Shown piece after piece: positions 51,215 to 63,544 of a DNA stretch of 64,000 nt; position 1 is the stretch's first letter; every line of letters begins with the position of its first letter. Where the stretch lies: positions 6,199,489 to 6,263,488 of the forward strand of contig CM121342.1 in the NCBI GenBank assembly GCA_051530055.1, given 5' to 3'. The notes beneath the pieces were generated by a model. The model had not been told where the DNA came from and made no database searches. It saw only the letters and a list, made by a program, of their open reading frames with translations. This DNA is from Neoechinorhynchus agilis (Eukaryota > Animalia > Acanthocephala). A program made the translations under genes and the position numbers.

Positions 51215-52410
51215 AATATTTTTAGTGATCCTTCCAAAAAATTTTCAAAGAGTTCCACCAAGGAACTTGATATAATAATTAAAACCTTTTTTCTAAATTT
51301 TCTACACTTTAATGACCGTTTTCGAAAAATCTTTATAATTTTTATATACAATTTTTCAAAAAAAAGTTGCACAAAGAAACTTGATATAATAATTGAAACC
51401 TTTTTTTATTACCTTATTTCTACTTTAATGACCGTTTTCGAAAAATCTTTATAATTTTTGTATACAATTTTTCAAAAAGTTCCACCAAGGAACTTGATAT
51501 AATAATTAAAACCTTTTTAATTTCTAAATTTTCTACTTTAATGACCGTTTTCGAAAAATCTTTATAATTTTCATATACAATTTTTCAAAAAGTTCCACAA
51601 AGGAACTTAACATAATAATTAGAACCTTTTTTTATTACCTTATTTCTACTTTAATGACACCTTTTTTTATTTCCAAATTTTCTACACTTTAATGACCGTT
51701 TTCGAAAAATCTTTATAATTTTTATATAAAATTTTTCAAAAAGAAGTTGCACAAAGAAACTTGATATAATAATTAAAACCTATTTTATTTCTAAATTTTC
51801 TACTTTAATAACCCTTCAAAAAATCTTTATAATTTTTATATACAATTTTTCAAAAAAAAGTTGCACAAAGAAACTTGATATAATAATTAAAACCTTTTTT
51901 TATTACCTTATTTCTACTTTAATGACCGTTTTCGAAAAATCTTTATAATTTTTGTATACAATTTTTCAAAAAGTTCCACAAAGAAACTTGATATAATAAT
52001 TAAAACCTTTTTAATTTCTAAATTTTCTACACTTTAATGACCGTTTTCGAAAAATCTTTATAGTTTTTATATACAATTTTTCAAAAAGAAATTCCACAAA
52101 GAAACTTGATATAATAATTAAAACCTATTTTATTTCTAGATTTTCTACACTTTAATGACCGTATTCGAAAAATCTTTATAATTTTTATATACAATTTTTC
52201 AAAAAGTTCCACAAAGAAACTTGATATAATAATTAAAACCTATTTTATTTCCAAATTTTCTACTTTAATAACCCTTCAAAAAATCTTTATAGTTTTTGTA
52301 TACAATTTTTCAAAAAGTTCCACAAAGAAACTTGACATAATAATTAAAACCTTTTTTTTCCAAATTTTCTACACTTTATGACCGTTTTCGAAAAATCTTC
52401 ATAATTTTTG
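51215..52410. repeat. AT-rich minisatellite, ~105-bp unit, ~11 copies
   Basis: aacttgatataataattaaaacc...taatgaccgttttcgaaaaatctttataatttt repeated. Confidence 0.9.
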
Positions 52411-52821
52411 TTTTCTAATGACCGCGTATTCGATTGGTGTGATAATTTCTTGCACGTGTTTTTGTGTTGATTAAAAAGCAATTTAAGCGTCTATTGGCTA
52501 CTTTTTCGCACCTGGCCGCTAATTAGTCACGAGTGGGTCTTTTGGAGCTCCCCATCGACCCCCCTTCCTTCCCTTGTGATGTGAGTGACGCTATTTGGGC
52601 ACACACATAATGCCTCCACCACTTCCCCGCCTTCTTTTCCTTCCAACTTTTTGTGCTTCCACACGTTGCCTCCCCCCCACCACCGCCAACATCGAAGTTA
52701 CCGAGACCTTCTAGGAGACAGAGTACCAAGCGGTCCTTTGCCTGAGGAGACCTTTCACACTGCTTACTACATCACTCCTCTGAGAATGCCCAGAACCTTC
52801 TTAATCTCTAATATTCTAGAA

Positions 52822-54244
52822 ATGGTACATAACTGCATTGTGTCAGGATGCCGTTTTCGAAAACGAAAAAACATCAAAGGTGGAGTAATGTTTCATTCGT
52901 TCCCAAGCGATCAACCAAGACTACGGCGATGGGAAACAATTGTTCAAGAACATTGCGATCGGGACGTAAAAGTGACCAAACACTCTAAAATATGTCAATT
53001 TCATTTTAAAAACGAAGACTATCAAGTCCCGTTCAATCCAACTTCACCCCATGAAACCAGGAGAAACAAACATCTAAAATCTTCAGCCATCCCTTCCATA
53101 TTCGGTCTGGCTGCTACATTAGCCGCCGAAGAATGGGATACCGTTCATTGTTGTTCAAAGGTGAAAAAAGAACCAGTTGAAATACACAGGGGAGAATCAA
53201 ATGCTGGATCAACGAGCGCTGCTCCATTACCGCCTGAACCAGATCCATTTGTTTCTTCAAATGAATCGAGGTCGAGCGCTGAAAATAAATCTAAACGTTT
53301 GAATGGATGTATCGATAGACTCCGAGCCGAAGTTACTCAAAGCAATCCGATATTTGATCCATCAACAATGCAACAATCATCCGTATTTAATCCAACGTCA
53401 AGCATCCACAACTTTTTCTCTATTCCAATGTTCACAAGACCCAAAAATGAGGTCGAATTTAATGAAATGCTGGAAAGATATAGTCTTATGCGATACTATC
53501 AGTCTTTTATTGCAATCGGTAAGTTGGTTTTTTTTGAATAAAAGTAAACATAACCTTAAAAAATTAGGAGCTGACGATTTAAGGCAACTAGCTGAAATGC
53601 ATCCTCTAGAAATAAAAAGGCTACTTGATTCAATTGGAATGGCTGATAAACCTTTTCATGTCAAACGATTTGAAGCGATGCTTGCGGATTACAGAAAACA
53701 ACAAGCCATTCAAAACTCTTCGTTCAATATTTCAAACATCTCTTGTCAAAACAATCCTTACGGCCAAGTGTTGCCTTTGATGGGTGAAACATTTATTGGA
53801 CGACTGGAACAGAATTCAATTTTAGGCGATTCCGCTCAAAATGAGTCGGGAATAAAGAATCGAGATATGTGGACTGAGCGTCGACAAAGGATAGAAACCA
53901 TCGAAACCGAACGAAATAATCTAAAACAGCAGATAGTCAATATGAAGGCGTGGCCGAGTAGTCATAGATTCGCAGTTAATAGTCTCGATGAACTCGAAGA
54001 AAAGGATAAAATGCTCTCAAGCGAATATTCAAGATTAAGGAAACTTATCCGAAAACACGAAGGAAGAGTGAGGCACAAGCAACGACAATCTACAGTGTCG
54101 AAAAACGATGCGGAGCATAATGCAGCAATGGATTTAAGCGAGAATAACGGAGCATCGAGTGATAAAACAAACGATTCAATCAAACAAGAAATTGACAAGG
54201 ATGATAAATCATCAGATGCTGGTACGGGCACCCGCCATTATTGA
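52822..54244 (+). CDS. THAP zinc-finger protein with C-terminal coiled coil (457 aa), two exons
   Basis: MVHNCIVSGC..FHSFP..RW..ICQFHF is the C2CH THAP signature; canonical 49-nt intron 53519-53567 restores frame. Confidence 0.88.
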
Positions 54245-54464
54245 GTGTCCAGTGTTTATTATCGTGTACGTTTAATAATACAATTTGTAAAGTCATTAGT
54301 GTCCTATTTTCAGTATTTTGGAACAATTAACTATTTAGTTTTAGTGCTTTTTAAGATCCACATTAAAGAGTTGTTCGCAAAGGGCGATAGAGAAATATTC
54401 CTTTTGAAAAAAACCCACACAGTTCCGTCTTAGAGCGGAAAGTTACTTTCATTTTTATGCTAAT

Positions 54465-55535
54465 TTGGCCAAATATTTTTCTACTCAGGAAACAATCACG
54501 GGTTTGATAAAAAAAATACTCTTAGCCAATAACTTGAGAAAAAATAGCATTGGTTATTTGGCCAATTCTTTTTCTGATCAAAAAACAATCACGGATTTGA
54601 TAAAAAAATACCTTTGGCCAATAACTTGAGAAAAAATTTTGGCCAAATATTTTTCTGCTCAAAAAATAATCACGGATTTGATAAAAAATACTCTTAACCA
54701 ATAACTTGAGAAAAAATAGCATTGGATATTTGGCCAAAATTTTTCTGATCGAAAAAACAATCACGGATTTGATAAAAAATACTCTTTGCCAATAACTTGA
54801 GAAAAAATAGCATTGGAAATTTGGTCAAATATTTTTCTGCTCAGGAAACAATCGCGGGTTTGATAAAAAATACTCTTTGCCAATAACTTGAGAAAAAATA
54901 GCATTGGATATTTGGCCAATTGTTTTTCTGATCAAAAAACAATCACGGATTTGATAAAAAATACTTTTGGCCAATAACTTGAGAAAAAATTTTGGCCAAA
55001 TATTTTTCTACTCAAAGAACAATCACGGATTTGATAAAAAAAATGCTCTTTGCCAATAACTTGAGAAAAAATGGCATTGGATATTTGGCCAAATATTTTC
55101 TGCTCAAAGAACAATCGCGGGTTTGATAAAAAAATACTCTTAACCAATAACTTGAGAAAAAATGGCATTGGATATTTGGCCAAATATTTTCTGCTCAAAG
55201 AACAATCGCGGGTTTGATAAAAAAATACTCTTAACCAATAACTTGAGAAAAAATAGCATTGGTTATTTGGCCAAAATTTTTCTGATCAAAAAACAATCAC
55301 GGATTTGATAAAAAAAATACTCTTAACTAATAACTTGAGAAAAAATAGCATTGGTTATTTGGCCAAAATTTTTCTGATCGAAAAACAATCACGGATTTGA
55401 TAAAAATACTCTTAACCAATAACTTGAGAAAAAATAGCATTGGTTATTTGGCCAAAATTTTTCTGATCAAAAAACAATCGCGGGTTTGATAAAAAAACTC
55501 TTGGCCAATAACTTGAGAAAAAATAGTATTGGATA
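54465..55535. repeat. Minisatellite, ~80-bp unit, ~13 copies
   Basis: aaacaatcacggatttgataaaaaa..ccaataacttgagaaaaaa..ttggcc repeated. Confidence 0.92.
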
Positions 55536-56024
55536 TTTGGCAATGAAGACGTTTGTGAACCACGTCGCAATGATCATCAGTTTGTTAGCTATTAAAAGAC
55601 GAACTAACGAATTGATGATGATTGCGACGAGGTTTACAGTTTCGTCTTTAATAAATAATTATTTACCGCTGGTGTAGACTTCTAAACAATAATCTTCGGA
55701 CATTAAATCCTCGATTCTGTTACTACTTTTTCCGATAAAACCAGTATTCGATTTTGAAATGAAAAAATCAATTAGTTAAATTGTGCGTAATTTAATTGTA
55801 ACTGAAAGTTCGAAATGGAGCCTTAAGTTTTTTGAATTCAGTGTTAAAAGAAAAATTTCTTGAGAAAAGTACGTGCTCTATTTTTGTCATTGTTAAAAGA
55901 TGTAAAAGCGTTACAAAACGTTTTCTTCGATGGTTAAAGAAAGTCTCATACCATTCTGCATTTTTTTGTTCATGCCATCAAAGGTACTACTCAATTTTTC
56001 GCAACTGAATTCTGCTAAACTTCT

Positions 56025-56826
56025 TCAACCCAATAAATCATTAAAATCTTCCAACTTAACCTTGTCGAGATCTTTGATTTCATTGTGCTCAGATTCGCAA
56101 ATCAACTTATTGCGGCTTGCACAAAAATCAAGACCATAGTCACTCAAAACCGATTGTTCGACCTGAAAAATATTTTCATGAATGGTTTTCGCCAATTCAT
56201 CAAAATCAATCGTTGTATCGAATCTGGTGTCGTAATCATCGCGAAGGAAGTTCATTGTTGTATCGATTCCATTGGCCTCAGCCGTCTTCATCGCCAAATC
56301 ATAAACTTCCATCGGTAACCGCCTACGTTCAGGTGAACGTTCACAAGCATGGAAATAATACATATGATTTTTCATATCATCCGGAAAAGCATTATTGTCA
56401 TATCGATCAACGACACAAACAGGACAAATTCTATACTCCTCAGAATCAAACTTTTCACAATTTTTTTCGAAAAAAGAATAAAGCAATGACACAAAACCTG
56501 CTTTTATTCTTTTATAAATGGTACAAAAGACGTCTTGAGCCGCCAATCGATTGCTGGCCGCAATATGGACAAGTGAAAGGAAAAAACAATTCATATTCCT
56601 TAGTATGAGAAAAATCGCCTCGGTTTGGATAAAGCCTTAACTTCTCTGCGTCTGTTAAAACGGGCTGAACCGGATGGTCCAGCTGATGGTTAATTGAAAC
56701 TTTTTTAAGATTGTAACATCGGGAGCATTGGTCGTAGTCTTCACATACCAAACATTTATATCGAATCGTCTGAAATCCTACGCTATAGCATGCATCGCAT
56801 TGAATCCCACGATGATAATCCAACAT
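56025..56826 (-). CDS. KCMF1: E3 ubiquitin ligase KCMF1-like (ZZ finger + Di19-type finger), two exons
   Basis: H.GIQCDAC..F...RYKCLVCEDYDQC..CY..H..DHPVQPVLT; FTCPYCG..LLYH; ICPVC. Junction near 56514-56469. Confidence 0.88.
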
Positions 56827-56989
56827 TATCCGTCGTCTACAAGGCGGAAACAATCACAATTTATAGAGTCCATTAAAAGAGAATGCGATTAAAGTTTTTA
56901 TATAGAAACCGCAAAATCGAAGAAATTCATGTATCAAAGTCGTTTGTAAGTTTTTAACACAATCTTAAATAGTAGAAAACGTGCTTCCA

Positions 56990-57925
56990 AAAATAATCGG
57001 ATTCAATAAATTCCTTTGATTCTACGCCATAAAAAAAGAACATTAACAATTCAGGGTTTTAAACGTGTGATGAAAGTTTCAGGATCTTAAATAATAGAAA
57101 ACTTATAGGAAACTTTGATAAAGACGGACAAAATTATACATTCGAAAAATAATCGGATTCAATAAATTCCTTTAATTCTCCGCCATAAAAAAAGAACATT
57201 AACAATTCAGTGTTTTGAACGTGTGATGAAAGTTTCACGATTTTAAATAAGAGAAAACTTATAAGAAACTTTGATAAAGACGGACAAAATTATACATTCG
57301 AAAAATAATTCGGATTCAATAAATTCCTTTAATTCTCCGTCATAAAAAAAGAACATTAACAATTCAGTGTTTTAAACGTGTGATGAAAGTTTCAGGATCT
57401 TAAATAATAGAAAACTTATAAGAAACCTCGATAAAGACGGACAAAATTATGCATTCGAAAAATAATCGGATTAAATAAATTCCTTTAATTCTACGCCATA
57501 AAAAAGAACATTAACAATTCAGGGTTTTAAACGTGTGATGAAAGTTTCACGATTTTAAATAAGAGAAAACTTATAAGAAACTTTGATAAAGACGGACAAA
57601 ATTATGCATTCGAAAAATAATTCGGATTCAATAAATTCCTTTAATTCTTCGCCATAAAAAAGAACATTAACAATTCAGGGTTTTAAACGTGTGATGAAAG
57701 TTTCACGATTTTAAATAAGAGAAAACTTATAAGAAACTTTGATAAAGACGGACAAAATTATGCATTAGAAAAATACTCGGATTGAATAAATTCCTTTAAT
57801 TCTCCGCCATAAAAAAAGAACATTAACAATTCAGGGTTTTAAACGTGTGATGAAAGTTTCACGATTTTAAATAAAGAGAAAACTTATAAGAAACTTTGAT
57901 AAAGACGGACAAAATTATGCATTTT
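56990..57925. repeat. Tandem array, ~156-bp unit, ~6 copies
   Basis: aaaaataatcggattcaataaattcctt..gccataaaaaaagaacattaacaattcag repeated. Confidence 0.93.
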
Positions 57926-58868
57926 AAAATGACCAAGGATTTCATAATTGATCTCTCGGACACTCTCATGAGTTTTTGCTGAGAAATCACGTTTCTCCCT
58001 ATCACTAGGAATTTAAAAGGAAGGCCGTTTATTTGAAACCTTTTTAATAGGAAAAAATAAAGCTTTATTGTGTTTCTTGAAAAATTGGGCAAGATATTAT
58101 TGGCTACGCGCCGCCACTGGCGAGTTGGGATGTGATTGATTCTACGATTACAATTAAATTTAAATAATTTTAGAAATCAAACTTCTAGAATAGATCGGCT
58201 CAGACCGTGGAAAAGACCATGCTCTACAAATCTAAAGAACGATATCGCAAAACAAAGCGAATGTTGACGCTCGATCAGCTTCTCAATTATTATTAATAAC
58301 GAAAATACCAACTTGTAAGTGCTAAAATGGCCATATAAAAATTTTAAGAATTCTGAAATTCGAATGTGTTCATTACGGATTCTTCCTTTTACAAACATTT
58401 CGTCTTATTTTTTTCTTTATATTGCACATAAGCGAATCACAATTTAGAACGTCAATTAATGAAATGTTAAGCAGTCGCTTTAGGGAAATATATTTTTGAA
58501 ATCGAAATATTTGTAACTAGCATAAAATATTATCGTTTAGAAATTAGTATTCTGATCTCTTTGCGACGACTTTAACTAAGTATGAACGTCATGCAATGGA
58601 AAATGGACGCCGGATAATAAAACTTATAATAAAAATTTTAATATCTGGTCATTTATGATTAATTAGTGGATCATCGCTTTATGGAAAAAATCAATAATGG
58701 ACATTTATCACCGCGTGGCTCTTAATTTCCAAAAATAAAATTTAATCTTGCCAAGATCGAGAGAAAATACTTGTTTTTGTGGCGCAAAGAAATTTATTAA
58801 TTCCGATAATTCGAAGGCACAGCACGAATAGTTCAATCTTTAAAAAGTGTTGAAAAGATAATTCATTG

Positions 58869-59056
58869 TTATTTGTCGATAGGAGAAAATAAATGAAATT
58901 AAGAATTTATTGGATATTTCAATCCGCGATTGTTTGCAAAAAATCCGGAATGATCCAAATTTGTATCTGGATGAGCTGATTCATTCCGAGATAGTGGATC
59001 GAAATATCAAATCAAGAAATTCTTAATTTCATTTATTTTCTTCTATCGACAAATAA
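58869..59056. mobile_element. MITE-like foldback, ~55-60-bp arms
   Basis: ttatttgtcgataggagaaaataaatgaaattaagaattt..gatatttc.atcc vs ggatcgaaatatc..aaattcttaatttcatttattttcttctatcgacaaataa. Confidence 0.65.
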
Positions 59057-59693
59057 TCTTTAAAGTTCAGAAAATAAAGATTAACTTATTAATTCCCTTT
59101 CCCTATATTTAATTACATATTATAAGCAACCTTAAGAAATTCGACGCGACGGACGAAATATTGCGAAAGGGATTTAATAATTTAATCTCTATATCGGCAA
59201 ACAAAAATATATCAATTTACAACTTCTTTACATCGGACCTTTGCTGCTTTTTATCTGCTTAATTTTGTTGCAAAACAATGTTCGGCGATCTTTATGAAAT
59301 TTGCTAAAAAATCACATCAAAATATTCGATTTCACACTACTTTTGAGTTTTTACTGTTACGAATCAATAAGACAAATATCCTCTAAGGAGCTTCAAAAGT
59401 ATTTGAGGCCAAGGAAATCTCTTGTTTCGAATTGCTTGTAAAAGAGGACAAAAAGCAATTAAATCTCAACAAAAATCGGTAGTTATGTATATTCGTAAAA
59501 ACCCCAAAGTCAGGTAGTCGCAATTATATTACTATCAAAGCCTTGCTCAAATATTTGTTAGCACTCACATTGCTAATTGACGTGAGTTTGTTGCGATAAA
59601 ATCGTAAATAAAAAAGGAAACCGAATTTTAAGTGATGTGGCTTGTTTCGGACAATATTTGGAACATTTTCAACGCAAACTCGGCATCCCTATG

Positions 59694-60086
59694 CTAAGTA
59701 ATTCGCAAAAAGACGGAAAAAGGTCGAATTGGCGTTGAGACACTCGGATCGTTTGGTACCGAGGCGTAGGACCTGGTCAAGTAATTGTTCAAGAGACTCC
59801 GACGACGATCCAAGATCAGGAGCATTCGTTTCAGAAAACATAGCCAACGAGAAGGGAAAATTCTGCATCCGTCCTTTCGACCATTTAAACACCAGGACGG
59901 CAGCTGAATGATCCGCAGCGAGAGGCAGTGGATGTCGAAAAACAAAAGAGGAGAACAAATATCTATAAGGATATGAGAAATCGACCTTTCCGGTTCATTT
60001 CTGTCATGATACGCTGTTAATTCGACCCATTTTGTCAAACACTCCTCCCTAGAAGATATAAAACGATTCATCTTTATCTCTGGCAT
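59694..60086 (-). CDS. Hypothetical protein, possibly spliced
   Basis: 130-aa ORF in a more GC-rich island; no homology recognised. Confidence 0.25.
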   Translation of the reverse strand: MPEIKMNRFISSREECLTKWVELTAYHDRNEPERSISHILIDICSPLLFFDIHCLSLRIIQLPSWCLNGRKDGCRIFPSRWLCFLKRMLLILDRRRSLLNNYLTRSYASVPNDPSVSTPIRPFSVFLRIT

Positions 60087-61789
60087 ACCGGAATCCCCAG
60101 TCGCCGATTATTCAATTTCGTCGTATCATTCAACTCCTTTGTCCCGACTCCCCATCAACTGTTATGCGCATTCCCTCCAAAAATTCTTTTAACCCACCTC
60201 AGATTCACAACTTCCTTTTCGAATCTATCTACACTAAAAAGTTATTTTAATAAATCATCAAACCCCTACGACTCGATTAAAACATCTATACCATCATCGA
60301 ATGTTACCATAATCCCTACAACCTCAAATTTCCAGCATAAACTTCCGCTTTTAACGAACACTCTCTCAAGAAACAAGTAAAAAATCATCATTCAATCCCC
60401 CCCTACGAACCAATTCTCAACTAAAAACTCGTTCCTCACACTGCTAATCACCCATCCCAGCAAAAATGATTTCGATTCGCTCTCACACTTCTCCCTTTGG
60501 GATAATCAATCGTTTGAGATCGATAACTTGTATTGATTCCTCCCTTAATTTATCACCCACGACGAACAATGTAACCACAATCTATCCGAAATCCCCTTTC
60601 CAATCGTTCCCTTTCATCTAAATTCAAAAGCCGGAAATCAATTATAGCTAAGATGTATTTCGAAAGAGGAAACTTCGCCTCATGAGTCGTGATTTACGAC
60701 TTTTACCCCTGCGCTGGATTGCGTTTTTATTGATTTTTAAAACGTCGGTGGTCCGTAATTTTATTGGACTCAGAGATATGTAAGATCTCAAGTGCAAGAC
60801 GCTTGCTCCTTCTCGACAAAATTTGTCTTATCAAAATCTATGCGATGTTTCATAGTATCTTGGTGGTTAGATATGGCGGAGGAAATGGCCAACTAGAGCC
60901 ATTCAACAAAGATGAATTGATGAGGCTAGGTTTGATTGTTCGAAATATATATTAGCAGTAAAATAAATTTCCCGAAGGATTATCCCGGTATGATTTCTTT
61001 TTATATCGCTTATCGTTCACAATTTCTCAGCCTGACATTCCTCGAAAAAAATTTGCAGTCGACCGTTGCGATAATTATAAAGGTAAAATCGATAAAATGC
61101 TAGGGAAATATTTTTCGTCGTTCAAGTAGAAATGAAGTTATGGATAATTTGCTTTGCAAAATTGATTGTACTAAATCAATTCTTATAAATCGATCAAAAA
61201 TAAATTGGTGCGATCGTGAATAAATAATGAATTTTGGCTTCTGGGTGATGATAGCAATTGCTTTTTAAAAAGAGCTTCAAGAAGGTTAAGGTACTCAACT
61301 AGCTCGATATAAACTGTGAGAACAAATGAAGAGTTATCATCTTATCCTTGCGTGAATTCGATATAATAAAATATTCATTTTTTTGCGGAAAATCTTTAAA
61401 ATGATCAAGCGCAAAATACCGAATTTTAGAACGTATTTCTAAATCTTTGTTGCTTCATAACCGCTTTTGGGTCCCCATTGACCCTGTAAAAACACCATGA
61501 AAAAACATTTTCTGAAGCACAATCAGATAGTTTTTCATGGATACTCTAATTTTCGTAATATGCGTTTATCTTTATCAAAACTATGAAGCCACTTCTCCGA
61601 TAGGAGCTCTTCCTATCTGTTTATGGCTTCATAGTGTTTTTCTTTCCATAATAAAACCCCGACAAGTGCAACGATCTCTCCTTAGTCCCATAAGGGACCA
61701 ATCTCTCATCTTTAGCGTCTTATATAGGAAATCTCTATGCTCCGAATCTCATTGTGTTTTGCACGTAGATTCAATCACGAACTACAAAA

Positions 61790-62173
61790 CTATTTTGGTT
61801 TTCCTCCCGTGACTCTGCGAAAAAAAAGAACCATTTGGGATAATGCGGGAAATAACTCTCGCTTGTGCAATTGGCAGTAGTATCCATCACATTTGGAAGC
61901 CAGGTTCGTGCGGAGATTTCCATTAATGGCACAATGTTTTAAGTGCGATAACAGGCTGCCAAGTCGCCAAGGAAAGTCGACATCTAACCGAATGCCAACC
62001 ATTCTGTCTCTCAAAAAAAGGGGCAATAAAGTAGGTCTATTTGGGCAAACAAACGATTGAATTTCTTGGGAGGTCGTACTGCACATACATTTCGAAATGG
62101 TTTTATTGTTCTCCATCGGGCTTATAGGCAAAGGTTCGCCTAACCATAATATTTCTCTACATAGAACGTACAA
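61790..62173 (-). CDS. Hypothetical Cys-containing protein fragment
   Basis: 127-aa ORF; no homology recognised. Confidence 0.2.
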   Translation of the reverse strand: MYVLCREILWLGEPLPISPMENNKTISKCMCSTTSQEIQSFVCPNRPTLLPLFLRDRMVGIRLDVDFPWRLGSLLSHLKHCAINGNLRTNLASKCDGYYCQLHKRELFPALSQMVLFFRRVTGGKPK

Positions 62174-62459
62174 AAGTCAATGATGAAAACTTATGTTTCT
62201 CAAGTATGTATACAATATTAATGATTTAGTCTTTTTTGAATTTGTCCAAGTCATTACGAAGAAAATTCTTAATTATTCTTGGAACTTTCCGAAATTAAAA
62301 AAACCATTTATATGCGAAATCGAACTTAGATTTGCTCAAACTGAGAGGATTTGCGCCGAAATGGGATGTCAAAGTTGTTTATTATTCAAGACCAAAAGGT
62401 ATCGATTAGATCGGTTATTGGTTTTGCTTTTCTCGAAACTCGACTTTTCGTGATGATGA

Positions 62460-63540
62460 CTTTTATTATGTGAAATCTGAGACACTTTTCAACTAATCAA
62501 TTTTGATTCTAAAAATTTGAATATACTTTATGAACTATTTAATGTTCTTTGAAATTTGCTATTTAGTGTACGATTTTATTACTGGGACAACGTCTTAAAT
62601 ATTGAAAATATACTTTGTAAAATTTTGACACGAAAAATAAGATTTTCCGTAAAATGTTTTTCCAGGATAGACTTTTATCATGTGAAATTTGAGAAGCTTT
62701 TCAACTAATCAATTTTGATTCTAAAATTTGAATATACTTTATGAACTATTTAATAAGCTTTGAAATTTGCTATTTAGTGTAAGATTTTATTACTGGGACA
62801 ACGTCTTAAATATTATAAATATACTTTGTAAAATTTTGACACGAAAAATAAGATTTTCCGTAAAATGTTTTTCCAAGGTAGACTTTTATCATGTGAAATC
62901 TGAGACACTTTTAAACTAATGAATTTTGATTCTAAAAATTTAATATACTTTATGAACTATTTAATAAGCTTTGAAATTTGCTATTTAGTGTAAGATTTTA
63001 GTACTGGGACAACGACTTAAATATTATAAATAGACTTTGTAAAATTTTGACACGAAAAATAAGATTTTCCGTAAAATGTTTTTCCAAGATAGACTTTTAT
63101 TATGTGAAATCTGAGACACTTTTCAACTAATCAATTTTGATTCTAAAAATTTGAATATACTTTATGAACTATTTAATGTTCTTTGAAATTTGCTATTTAG
63201 CGTACGATTTTATTACTGGGACGACGACTTAAATATTAAAAATATACTTTGTAAAATTTTGACACGAAAAATAAGATTTTCCGTAAAATATTTTTCCAAG
63301 ATAGACTTTTATCATGTGAAATTTGAGAAGCTTTTAAACTAATCAATTTTGATTCTAAAATTTGAATATACTTTATGAACTATTTAATAAGCTTTGAAAT
63401 TTGCTATTTAGTGTAAGATTTTATTACTGGGACAACGTCTTAAATATTATAAATATACTTTGTAAAATTTTGACACGAAAAATAAGATTTTCCGTAAAAT
63501 GTTTTTCCAAGATAGACTTTTATCATGTGAAATCTGAGAC
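62460..63540. repeat. Tandem array, ~211-bp unit, ~5 copies
   Basis: ttttatcatgtgaaatctgagacacttttcaactaatcaattttgattc repeated. Confidence 0.93.
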
Positions 63541-63544
63541 AATG

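Noticed and set aside
52585-54244. THAP gene as a P-element/Galileo transposase
   Set aside because: It is only 457 aa, with no GTP-binding or RNase H-like catalytic region and no TIRs; treated as a host THAP protein.
49991-55198. ORFs over the 49.9-, 51.2- and 54.5-kb minisatellites
   Set aside because: Repetitive low-complexity translations of the arrays.
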